Of a stretch of 64,000 nt of DNA, positions 26,869-37,600 are shown piece after piece. The stretch is from a virus (lineage: Duplodnaviria > Caudoviricetes). The notes under the pieces are model-generated. The model made no database searches and was not told the origin of the DNA. It saw only the letters and a list, made by a program, of their open reading frames with translations. The translations under genes and the position numbers were made by a program. The stretch is from positions 1,583 through 65,582 of the IMG/VR virus record IMGVR_UViG_3300006168_000009. One strand, 5' to 3'. Within the stretch, counting starts at the first letter, position 1; every line of letters starts with the position of its first letter.

Positions 26869-29800
26869 TTAACTCATAGAATTTATCTTTGATTCAAGTT
26901 CCTCTATCCTGCGATAGAGCTTTTGAATCATGTAGGTATTGAGCGAGACAAACTCGCCGTACCGAAGTTCGTAGAAACGCTCTGTCACTCCGTCTTTAAC
27001 GAAGTCATCTGCCAACTCCTCAATCGTGAGCCCCGCAAAGTCTTGCGTGGTCAATCCAGTATCCAACAGGGCCCGTTCCACATCCTGTGCGATGAATCCA
27101 GTATGGTATCTGCCGGATGTACCGCTATTCATCTTGTACTGAGTGGGCTTGAGCGACATGAAAAAGTTTTCATACTTACCCATATCATACTCAATCGAAT
27201 TTTTGATTCGTCTGTCAGAACCAGTAGAGATTTCTGTGCTTGCCACGATTGCGCCGCCAGACACATAGAGGTCAGCAGATGTGGAAGACATTCGACAGCC
27301 ATAGTTGGTTACGATGAAATATGGTTCGTTACCAGCGCCAGCACTTCCGTACATCATAGCGCCGTATGTCAGGCGAGTACCAGTAGAACCGTACCCCTTA
27401 CAAAACCCACCATAATAGCATCCAAGCGTAACGAAATCCGCATCGATGGTTCCTGTTTTGATGTAGTTCGCATTGATATAGAGCCGGTTGTACGTTGAGT
27501 CGCTGAAAATTCCAAACAGCGTGCCGTTGTTTGTCAGAATATTGAAGATATCCCTATCGCTAACGGACGTGTTAAGCGCCTCCTGCCACGCATCCCATGC
27601 AAGGTCATAGGCATCGTCAGCATGGTTATAGGCACTATTCGCATAACTCCACGCACTATTTGCCTGCTGATACGCCTGATTGCTGCCAACGTTGCTTTCG
27701 GACACATTCGCCCAGTTGATGGAAGAACCCCAGGCCATAGTGATACTTCCCTTAACAGACACATTTCCATTTCTGTCCACAACAAAATTTCCGTTGCCAA
27801 CATTCAATCCGTTAAGGTTAAGGTAGTCAGCGGTAAACTCGTAGTTACCATTCATCATGGAGTTACCATACCTATCCAGGAAGGATGCTCCAGACACAGC
27901 GCCCTTGAACGTACCGTTCCTCGCAAACATATCACCGTTTTTCTTCACCCAGAACGGGGCGCTGCCTGGGTTCTGTGCCCCGGCCCAAAACGCATACAAC
28001 GAGTTGGCATTCGTGCCGGAACCGTTCATAGCGACATAGTTGCTCCCACTCCCTGCATAGAGGTAGTCATCCGCAATCGTGAATCCGCCAATCTTGCCGG
28101 AGGTGGCCTTGACATTCCCACGGAAGTATGCGCTGCCATCACGGATGTCCAGATAGAAGTTTGCATTTGTCGGCATACCATCAGAATCGAGCGTTATGCC
28201 TCCACTGCTGTCGATAAAGGACGGAGTGACGGTTGTACCATTCGTTGTGAACAGATTGCCGTTGCCTGCAACAATGCCGTAATCAGGGTCGAGAATAATT
28301 TTGCCGCCGGGCGTAGCCGCACGGGTAGAGAATACAGATGCGTCTGCACTTTGCAGAATAAAGGTAGCGTTGTATAGCCAAGCGCCAGTTGCGTCTACCT
28401 TGAACTGCATAACTCCTTTGTCGTTGGTGTTCTCAATGATGAGATTGTTGCCGACAATCAGTTTGCCGCCGATGACTTCAGCATTGACACCAAAGTATTC
28501 TCCGACCTCTGGTGAAGCGAAGTGTCCGATTGCCAACTTGCTGCTTGCCCAGTTGTCATCCGACATAGCAATCATGCTATCCACGATTCGGATTTGATAC
28601 TTGGAGTCGCCGCCCACATGGATGCCAGCACCATTGATAACAACGCTTTGGTTCGATGCGGCCAAGATTGCGTTTTTAGCGGCGTCCAGTGAGTTGTTCA
28701 TAAACTCAGATACCATGGACGCCTGACCAACAGTTTGATTGTAGATATACTTGCTTGCATCGAAACTCCGGCTGGTAGAATAGCTTGTCTCAATCATGTC
28801 CTTCAGGGTGTTCACGTTGTCGTGACGCTTGAACCTGTTGGAGAACACGATGGAGAACTTGTCTCTATCCTCAAAGTCCAACTCAAACTCAATGATATAT
28901 GGAGTGATGGGGCGTCTTCCGCCTACGTTCAGATATACACCCTTACCCAATTCCAGTTGATTGCGGAATGGGGCGAACTCCTGTGCGAACAGGAAGTTTG
29001 CGGAGTCCACAGAAAATTCATAGGTTGGGGTCGCCACATCATCAAGTACGCCGACGGCATACTCATACAATTCCATCTCCACAGAATATCGCTGATACTC
29101 GCTGACACTTGCTGTTAGATACATAGAACCGGACGCATTGAAGTTGAGCTCAGTACCTTCATCAGTGGTAATGTAGATATCCTCGCCAAGGTCGGTTGGA
29201 TACCTGGTTGTCGTTGGCCGCACATTATTTGAGAAGCCTGACATAGTGCCGGACATGGTGACCATACCGCTGGATGCGGTCTTATCTCCAACTTTAAGCG
29301 TGCCCGCATAGAGGCTCAGGACATAACTGTTGTTTGAGGCCACATCAAGAGTGCCTCGAATAATGTCGCCAGAAATGTTACGGTTGCCAGACAGTGAAAA
29401 TGCGCCGCCTGATATGGTAAACATCCGTTTGTTGAACTTGGATGTCAGGTCAATCCCGGAAATTGCAGAACCTGAGATATACAACTGTTCGCCAGACAGA
29501 GAGTATGAATTACCAGACACAGTTGTATCAACATCTGTTGCAACAAAAGTATCCTCAGTAATATCCTGTTCGATGAAGAAGTTGGACAGCTCACGGTATT
29601 CATCCTCCGTAAAGTAGTTTGAAATAGATAACTCCTTTACGATAGCTTGAATTTGTGCCGCATAAGAAGACGGATTATCAGGGTCAAGTTCACTGTTGAT
29701 GGTTGCAACCGCACTTTCTTGTGCTGCAATCTCAGCTTTCTTTGCGGCTATCTTCCGATTGATATCATCAAGGAGGGATTGCTGATAAGCCTTGCCCTCA

Positions 29801-30807
29801 TTTGTGATTTCCATAGCGGACGCCTGGATAGTGACACTTTGCTGAGCGGTAAGCGTATCCAGTTCACCCTTCAAGTCGGTGAGGGCGGCCTGTGCTGCCG
29901 TAAGACGAGCTGTGGCGGACGCTCGCATAGCCGTAAGGCCACGGTAGTATTGCTGCCTGTTAAGAATACTCGTCTGCCACGACACCCACTTTGATGCGAG
30001 AGGTTCTCTAATGTCACCGTTTGCGATAAAATACGACAGGTCATAAATCCAGTTGGTGCCAATGGGGTTTACATCTCGAATCCCAAGCTCATCCGCACCA
30101 TACGGGCGGATTGCAGTAACCAGCTCGTCACTCTTTTCCTCAACACCAAGGGATTCAATCAAATTGTCGAAGTCCAGATAGATGGGCAACGTTGGCCGTT
30201 CCTCGTCTGCATCGTACACGTTGATTGTCTTTTTGTATGTATCGAACACAAACACGCATCGATACTTCTCCGGGGCGTGACTATACATGAAAGACAACAG
30301 ATAGTCGTCGTATTGGTCAAATGTGCGATATCTGCCAATCAAAGTTGGAGAAACGTAGCCCACGCTCCAACCAATGGCTACCTCAAGAACTCTGCCAAGA
30401 ACAGTATCTGTCGGAGATGCCGGGTTCCAGAAGTTGAACGTCCCTTCCTCAATGAAAAACTTTTTTGTTTCAAGCGTCTTCTCATAGGAGTAGCCTTGGA
30501 CGTGCTTAACCTCCATAATGCCATCGGCCTCAGTTGATGGATTCATCGTCTCATAGATGCCATAACACTTAGTGAAGATTTGCTTAAACCCAGTTACATC
30601 ATCGTAGAGCGGATTGGGTTCACCATCAATCACAGATGGGATATCAAATGAAATTTCACTTGGCTCTGAGAACTTAATGTTGAGCTTGAGGTTGTAAACG
30701 CCGGGGATGATGCCAACCATCTTATCTCCAAGCGTTTTCAGAACAAGCTGTGGTGTTTCTGGTAGTCCATTCCTGTCGAACTCCAGCTTGGAGTAATCAA
30801 GATACAT
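26869..30807 (-). CDS. Tail-associated lysin/spike (Tal) with C-terminal peptidase S74 chaperone
   Basis: Prophage-tail endopeptidase-like N-terminus; SDRRIKNSIE...GFIAQDV S74 motif. Confidence 0.85.
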   Translation of the reverse strand: MYLDYSKLEFDRNGLPETPQLVLKTLGDKMVGIIPGVYNLKLNIKFSEPSEISFDIPSVIDGEPNPLYDDVTGFKQIFTKCYGIYETMNPSTEADGIMEVKHVQGYSYEKTLETKKFFIEEGTFNFWNPASPTDTVLGRVLEVAIGWSVGYVSPTLIGRYRTFDQYDDYLLSFMYSHAPEKYRCVFVFDTYKKTINVYDADEERPTLPIYLDFDNLIESLGVEEKSDELVTAIRPYGADELGIRDVNPIGTNWIYDLSYFIANGDIREPLASKWVSWQTSILNRQQYYRGLTAMRASATARLTAAQAALTDLKGELDTLTAQQSVTIQASAMEITNEGKAYQQSLLDDINRKIAAKKAEIAAQESAVATINSELDPDNPSSYAAQIQAIVKELSISNYFTEDEYRELSNFFIEQDITEDTFVATDVDTTVSGNSYSLSGEQLYISGSAISGIDLTSKFNKRMFTISGGAFSLSGNRNISGDIIRGTLDVASNNSYVLSLYAGTLKVGDKTASSGMVTMSGTMSGFSNNVRPTTTRYPTDLGEDIYITTDEGTELNFNASGSMYLTASVSEYQRYSVEMELYEYAVGVLDDVATPTYEFSVDSANFLFAQEFAPFRNQLELGKGVYLNVGGRRPITPYIIEFELDFEDRDKFSIVFSNRFKRHDNVNTLKDMIETSYSTSRSFDASKYIYNQTVGQASMVSEFMNNSLDAAKNAILAASNQSVVINGAGIHVGGDSKYQIRIVDSMIAMSDDNWASSKLAIGHFASPEVGEYFGVNAEVIGGKLIVGNNLIIENTNDKGVMQFKVDATGAWLYNATFILQSADASVFSTRAATPGGKIILDPDYGIVAGNGNLFTTNGTTVTPSFIDSSGGITLDSDGMPTNANFYLDIRDGSAYFRGNVKATSGKIGGFTIADDYLYAGSGSNYVAMNGSGTNANSLYAFWAGAQNPGSAPFWVKKNGDMFARNGTFKGAVSGASFLDRYGNSMMNGNYEFTADYLNLNGLNVGNGNFVVDRNGNVSVKGSITMAWGSSINWANVSESNVGSNQAYQQANSAWSYANSAYNHADDAYDLAWDAWQEALNTSVSDRDIFNILTNNGTLFGIFSDSTYNRLYINANYIKTGTIDADFVTLGCYYGGFCKGYGSTGTRLTYGAMMYGSAGAGNEPYFIVTNYGCRMSSTSADLYVSGGAIVASTEISTGSDRRIKNSIEYDMGKYENFFMSLKPTQYKMNSGTSGRYHTGFIAQDVERALLDTGLTTQDFAGLTIEELADDFVKDGVTERFYELRYGEFVSLNTYMIQKLYRRIEELESKINSMS

Positions 30808-30818
30808 TTTGCACCCCC

Positions 30819-31610
30819 TTATCCTGCGACGTTGTAAAGCAACCGACCGGTGATAGTCAGTTTGCCATTCCCGGTAATGGTCAGGTTGTTATCGCCGTGA
30901 ACAAACCGGAAGAAGTTGAGATTGAAACCGTCATACAGATTTGTGTTATCTACGGCCTCTTGAATAATACAGTTATCGTTGTCAATGGTAACTGTGGTGG
31001 ACGATGGGATTCCAGTCAACTTGAACTCACGGTCATCGTCGTCATGATTCACAATGCTTAGTGTGCCGCCAGAATCGGGCACATAGATAAGCGTTGGTTT
31101 GATGTACTCATGGACAGAACTGTCATTTCTAAACAGAATGTCCGTTGCTCCGTTGATATTGTATTGATACTCAAACGGGAATCCGTAAGCATACGGGCAA
31201 TCACACACAACGTTTGCCTCAAAAGCATAAGGTAACCACCCATCGGTTAGCGGAGTCAACTGTGTAACCAAGCACCTGAACTGCACCCGCTCCAAATCAG
31301 GCTGGTCGATAGAAAGCCACTGATAATCCTGATGCCCGGTCAACCAGAAAGCGATGTTCTCCATCTCATATCTGTCCAGTGGTTCCATTGACCCGAACAC
31401 CAGCTTAAATTGCAGCGGGGAGCTGTGATAGTTGACCCCAAAGTGAATAGGGCGAATACGGTTGTTAGTCCGTGTTTCAACAATAGACGCCTTGTTACCA
31501 AATGCAACATTGTTCTGCCCATTACCACCAAAGTCGTACAGCATAACACCGTACATCAAAGAAGATTCTCCGGCAAAAGAGAACTCGTAACTATTGAACA
31601 GCTTCCTCAC
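30819..31610 (-). CDS. Distal tail protein (Dit)
   Basis: Position between TMP and Tal; CDCPYAY, F..GDNNLTITG. Confidence 0.8.
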   Translation of the reverse strand: MRKLFNSYEFSFAGESSLMYGVMLYDFGGNGQNNVAFGNKASIVETRTNNRIRPIHFGVNYHSSPLQFKLVFGSMEPLDRYEMENIAFWLTGHQDYQWLSIDQPDLERVQFRCLVTQLTPLTDGWLPYAFEANVVCDCPYAYGFPFEYQYNINGATDILFRNDSSVHEYIKPTLIYVPDSGGTLSIVNHDDDDREFKLTGIPSSTTVTIDNDNCIIQEAVDNTNLYDGFNLNFFRFVHGDNNLTITGNGKLTITGRLLYNVAG

Positions 31611-31667
31611 TTCCTTTCGTCTTTATATGGCGAAGGAGGGAGACCATCACAATCTCCCTCCATACGC

Positions 31668-34600
31668 CTATCGCTTGATGTTGAGTTTTGCAAACAGTTC
31701 ATTTGCCTGCTGGCGAGTGACCGCCTGATGCTTTGCAACTGTTTCATCGTTCGCACCATAAATGTAGGTCGGGCCAATCTCAATTTTCAGTGCATTGCTG
31801 TTTAGAACGTTGGACGGAATATCTGCTTTTGCATCAGACAAGCCGTTGCCAGCGCCAGCAAAGATGTGAGATAGGTCAGAAGACTTCATCATGTTGCTAA
31901 ACTTATCCGCCATTGTGGTCGCAAACTCGACCAGACGGTACAGCCCCTGCTCACGCCTCTTGTCAAGCACAGCTTCACCTTTTTCAAGGATTGCCATAAC
32001 CTCATTCTGCTTGAGTGTTGGGTTATCTCCGGCAATACCGCCCTTGTGATAGATGTACTGCTTATACTTGTCAAACAGAAGTTGCTTTGAGCCATTCATG
32101 TACCATGCGCCATCACCCTCACGGTGGGCGTTGACACCGTACTGTGCCAGCATTGAGCCAAGCTGCAAATTGCGTTTGTCCAGGTCTTTTCGACGGCCTT
32201 CGTTTGCCGTATGCCACTCTTGGCTGTTGCGATACATCTCCTTGATAATAGAGTGGATGCTTTCCTCTTTTGAACTCTGCGTGCGGTCACCGGTATTGCC
32301 AACAATGGTGTTGTTGGATGTACCGTTTGTGCTCGCCGCAATATCATTATCGATACTGTTTAGAGCGGCAACATAACTGCCGTATCGCTGTGCAGCGGCC
32401 AAACAGTTATTCCACGCCTCTGTGATTTCAGAGTTCAGCACACTGCCATATTCAGTGTTCCACGCAATCAGTTCGCTGTAGAGCGTGTCCCAATGGCTCT
32501 GAATATAGGCGATTGCCATATCATACAGCTTCTGGTAGCTGCTGATAGTCTCCTCAAGGGCGGCAATCTCAGCGTCCTTCTCCTCCTCGTAAGCATCCTT
32601 CATCTCATCAAGGGCGTCCTTCTGCGCATCAACTGCGTAATCAGACTGGTCATCGGCCAGCTCCTTCTGGAGCTCGGCCATCTCTTCCTCCAGCTTGATT
32701 TTCTGTGCCTGCGCATCACGACTGTCATCCAGGGAAAGCGCATTGATACGCTCCTGGAGCTTTGCGATTTGCTTCACCTTCTCGGCGACCTTGTCCTCGT
32801 ACTCAGCCTCCTCCTTTGCGGCCTCAAGTGCCTCTTTGCGAAGGTCGATGATGTCGCCGTAGGCATCTTTCAGTTCTTCGAGTGCGTCAATTTGCTGCTG
32901 AATACGATGTTTCAGCATATCCATGACATACTTGAGGATATCGTCAACACCTGACTTCATCTTCTCAAGTTCTTCCTTGGAAGAACCGGCCACTTTGCCG
33001 ATACCGGCAATAGCCGTGTTTGCCAAGTCCTCGATTGACTGAATATTATGGAGCGCCGCCGCATACTGCTCGTCATCCAGGTCACCGAGCGAGTGCATCA
33101 GGGCAAGCTCGGCGTATGCAAGCCCAAACGTTGCATCGGTTGCCTCTGTTGTGGCGTACAGCAGAGTATTCAGATTTTCAATGGAGTCCTCTTGCAGCGC
33201 AAGACGCAGACGCTCCACATAGGTCACAGCCTGTTCAGCAGCAAGCTGCCGTGTCCGTGCGGCAATGACCTTATTGATGTTTTCCTCGTTGATAACCAGC
33301 AGACCGTTCTCGTCCCGAAGGTACTGCATATACTGCGGGCCGAGCTCAATAATCTTTTGGAAAGCGTCAACAGAGATAAAACCACCATTTTCTGCATACT
33401 CATCGGCGGCATCTTTTAGTGTGTCGTAGACATTCTGGATTTCGTCAACGGCATCAGAAGCATCCGAAACAATCTGTTTCAGGGCATCGATGATGGCGAT
33501 TTTCGCTTCACGAATAGAGTTTCTCAACTCCCACCATGTCTCGGAGTTCTCTTGGTTCTCCTCATTCAGCGATTCCAGTGTCTTAATGAACTCCTCCGTA
33601 TCTTCACGGAGCGCATTGGTGGCCTCCTGCAAGCTGTCATACTCACCCTTGCTGTCTGCAACAAGCTCATTCAGGTGCTCCAGGTTCTGGATAAAGAACT
33701 TGTTTGAGTCAGGGTTGTACTCAACATTGAAGCCAAGCTGGCGAAGTGTTTCTGCCCCGTCAGAGATGGTCTTGTCTCGGAGGTCATTCAGGTTGTGCAT
33801 CGCATCCTGCTCATCGCGGTAAATATTCACCAGCGACTCTTGCAGCCGAATTTGCTCTCGCAGGTCGTCAGTATTTGACAAATCAAGTTCGAGCTCGGCC
33901 TTCTTAATCCGAATCCGGTTCAGCCGCTCGATTGCCTCACGGTAATCGTCAATAGCGGCGATGTACTCCTCAACCTCTTTCGTGGCATCCTTACTGGAAC
34001 CACTGCCAGTATTACTTCTGAACTTTTTAAGAGGAGTATTTTTGAGTGCCTGCAAAACTGCAATCTGACCGTCGATTTGGGCAATCGCATCTTTGTAAGA
34101 TGAAATATCCAGCTCAACTTGTGAAATAAAATCATCAAGAGATGCGCCCTTGAAGCTAAAATCAAAGTCGAACCCGTTGAACTCACCACTGGTGACATTG
34201 GTGTCGATTCCTTTGCGGTTTCTACCGCCACCAGAGCCCTTCATCTTTGTGTCTGCGCCAAGAATTGCACCAGTGCCGATTCCCTTGATGGCCTTTGCCG
34301 CTTCATGTGCTTGCTTTGTAACAGAGTTTATATCTGTCTTTGCACGCTCCATATTTTCATAAATGCCCATTGCGGCATTGTAGGCGGCATTATTGAAGTT
34401 ACCATTAACATCAACACAAACTTCTTTTGCAACACGGTCAAACTCTTCTGCATTAAGAGACATTGCAGCCGCTGCCAGCTTGAAGGCTTCTGCTTCATCA
34501 ATACCGTTGTCAATGAGCGCCTTGACCATCTCGTTTGACGCCCTGATACGATACTCAGCGACTTCCTTAGAAACCTGCCCTTCACCTTCGCCGACATTCT

Positions 34601-37600
34601 TAGCAAGGTCGAGCTGCGCCTGGGCAGTCTCCATTTTCGCTTGCAAAACAGCCTTGTCAGCTTCCAGCTTCGCTATCTCAGAATCGATTTGGGCATCCAA
34701 TTCAGCCTTCTTGCCTTGCAGGAAGGTATTGACAACGCCCTCATTCAACACGATTTGGCCGTTTGCAGATACCTGAGCATTATTGAGAATCTCCGGGTAG
34801 ACGGCGGCGAACTCCAGTGCCTTATCAAGAGACATGGTGAACCCATTTGCTACTTGTGCTTGTAGGTCTGCCAGCGTCTGGAACGAATTAGATATGCCAT
34901 CTACAGTAGTGGAGATATTAGAGAAATTTGCAAGGGCGGCGCTGTATGAGTCCAGGTCACCAGTGATGCTCCCGTACAGGCTGCTATACAGAGCCAGCTT
35001 AGCCTGGTTCTCCTCAATGGCCCTTGTGTTCTCTTCGAGCTCACTCGTCGCCATTTCAATCCAGGTATCTTCAAGGAACCCACCGACCGCATCTCTTGCT
35101 TTCTCCCACCAAGCAGCATTATCCCTTGTAACGGTTTCTTGATTCTCGATAGTGCTGATTTGTTCACGGAGAACCGCATTTTTCTCTTCCAGAGCAGCAA
35201 TCTCGCTCTGAATACTTGCTATGTCGTCCTTCATCTTGGCATTGGCATTTTCTTTCCACGCTTCAGTATTCAGCTTGATAATGCCATTTTCCTCATAGAG
35301 GTAGTCAAGATAGTTCTCTTCCGCTGCCGCAAGTTCGGCAATGGTATCAGGTGAAAGCCCCTCGCCACTGGCAACCTCCTCTTGGGCCGTCTTGAGCAGG
35401 TCATATGCTTTCTTTAGCTCGGTGACCTCTTCTGCGAGGTCACCAACAGCGGTAGCCGCTTCAGTTCCAGATACAGCTCCAGTAACAGCCCCCCAGTTGT
35501 CGATGATATTATCAACAACGTCATCAAAATCATTACCAGCAATGCCCATAGCATTAAACCCAGCAACAAAATTGTCTGCGAAGGTCGCGGCATCTTCATC
35601 AGACATGGAACTAAGCAGGTCATCGAACGCACTCTCCACACGTTCTGAGAACTCATCAAACGTGATTTCCCCATTTCTGAGCTCATCCTGCCAATTTGTG
35701 ATATTAGCAAATGCCTCTCTCACATCTGCGCCGGAATTGTAGAGTGGATTGATGATGTAGTCCGTAATGTAGTTCTCAATACTCTCGGCTGTCGTAAGAC
35801 CAAGTTCTGAAAAATCGAGACCGCTAACCATCGTTCTTGCAATGGTCTGCATTTGCTCGTTCATGTCGTTATAGATAAAGTCAGTCTGCAACCATGCGTT
35901 GACCGCAGGATTGATGGTATTCCACTTTGCCTGAACCTTATCTCCAACATTATCCAGTTCTCGCTCAATACCAGCCAGAACGTTCTCGAACTCATCACTA
36001 TTTAGGACGGCCCACCAGTCGATGAGGCCCGTATCTGCGTTGGTGAATTTGTCGAGCATCCTCTGCCAAGAATCCGTGTTGTTGAAAGCATCAAATGCCT
36101 CCTGCATATAGGAGACATAGGATACGCTCATAGAGTCCAGGGCAGAATTAAAGTAGGTCTCCCACTCCTCGCCATAGGCATCTTTGTAGTTTCCGATTAC
36201 TTCATCGGAGAACATCTCGGAGTATGCGTCATAGGCTTGTTGATAATAATCAAGCCTATTTTGGAGTGCTTTCTTCTCCTTGTTGTATACCTTTTCCTGT
36301 TCTTTGACATTATCAACAAGGTCAGGAAGGGTATCGGCAAGCTCCTGCGCAGCCAAAAGTCTTTGTGCCTCCAGAAGCCCATACAGGGAGTCTGTAAGTG
36401 TATCTGCACCATAAGACAACGCAAGCATATAGTTGCCATTCTCGTCCATGCCAAGGTTCAGCTCTGGGAACATTTCGGCAACACGGTTATTCAATTCGAG
36501 GAACTCTGCATACTCCTCGTCCGTCAGGCTCACATTGTCGCCAAACTTGTTGACACCTTTTGCGAGCTCGGCAAAACGAGGAATAACTTCATCCGCTGAT
36601 GTTTTCAGTGACTTGAACTCACTGCTGACATTTCTGATGGTGGAATAGAGCTCGTCATACTCCTCATTCAGTTCTGCCAGCTTTTCTTCATTACTCTTGA
36701 AGGCACCAGACAAAGCGGTGACCGCTGTAATTAGTGCAGAAACGCCAAGAGCAATCCACCCCCACACAGGGATAGAAGCCATCAGTGCCTTAAAACTTGC
36801 ACCAAGTGTATGGTTCGCAACTGTCAGGGTTCCTTCTGCGGTAACAAGCCCGAGAGTTGCCAGAATCTGCTCGCTCTCTGCCGCTGTCAAGGAACCGCTT
36901 GCAACGGCGGCTTGAATCTTAGTTGCCAACTCAGCCTTTTCCGCAATCGTAAGGTTAGCTACCGATACAGCGAGCGCATCAGTCGCACCTTTCTCAGCAA
37001 CCAACCTTGCAACAATCGTGTTGATTGCAGAGGCCGTCTCAGCCGAAGCAACCGCACCGTGCATAGCGGTCATACCAGCCCTGAGCGCCTTGATGGTCAC
37101 AACAACAGATGCAACCATTGGGAGCAAGAGATGCAGCTTTTCAAGCGCATTGAGTGCGCTAATGATATTCGTACCCAAATCAACAAAGAACTTAATCAGC
37201 CCAGAGTTGAGCAGGTTATTGCTGAACTCCTGGAAGGTTGCGTTTAACACTCCAATCCTACCATTGATGGAATCCATATAGATGGTGTTCGCCTCAGTGG
37301 CCGTGCCAGCAGATGCCATGGCGTCCGCATATGCTCCAGTAGCATCGCCCCAGTTGCCAAGAATAGAGGAAATGACCTGGAGCTGCCGTGTGCCACCAAG
37401 GATTTCAGAAATACGGGCCTGCTGTGTATCAGACAGGTCATCCCACACCTTTGAAATACCCTCAAAGATATCATAGATGTCCTTATATGTGTCTGTTGAC
37501 CCATCCACCATAATATCAAAGCCAGTCAGCGCTTTGATTTCCTCAGCATACTTTGAGAAACCTTGCGCAAGGTCGCTTGTATCCTCACCGAGCGCTTCAA

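Noticed and set aside
11600-31600. Second DGR target
   Set aside because: No other copy of the VR anchors (WWERSP / GGGCTCGCCCCGG) found by eye in the window
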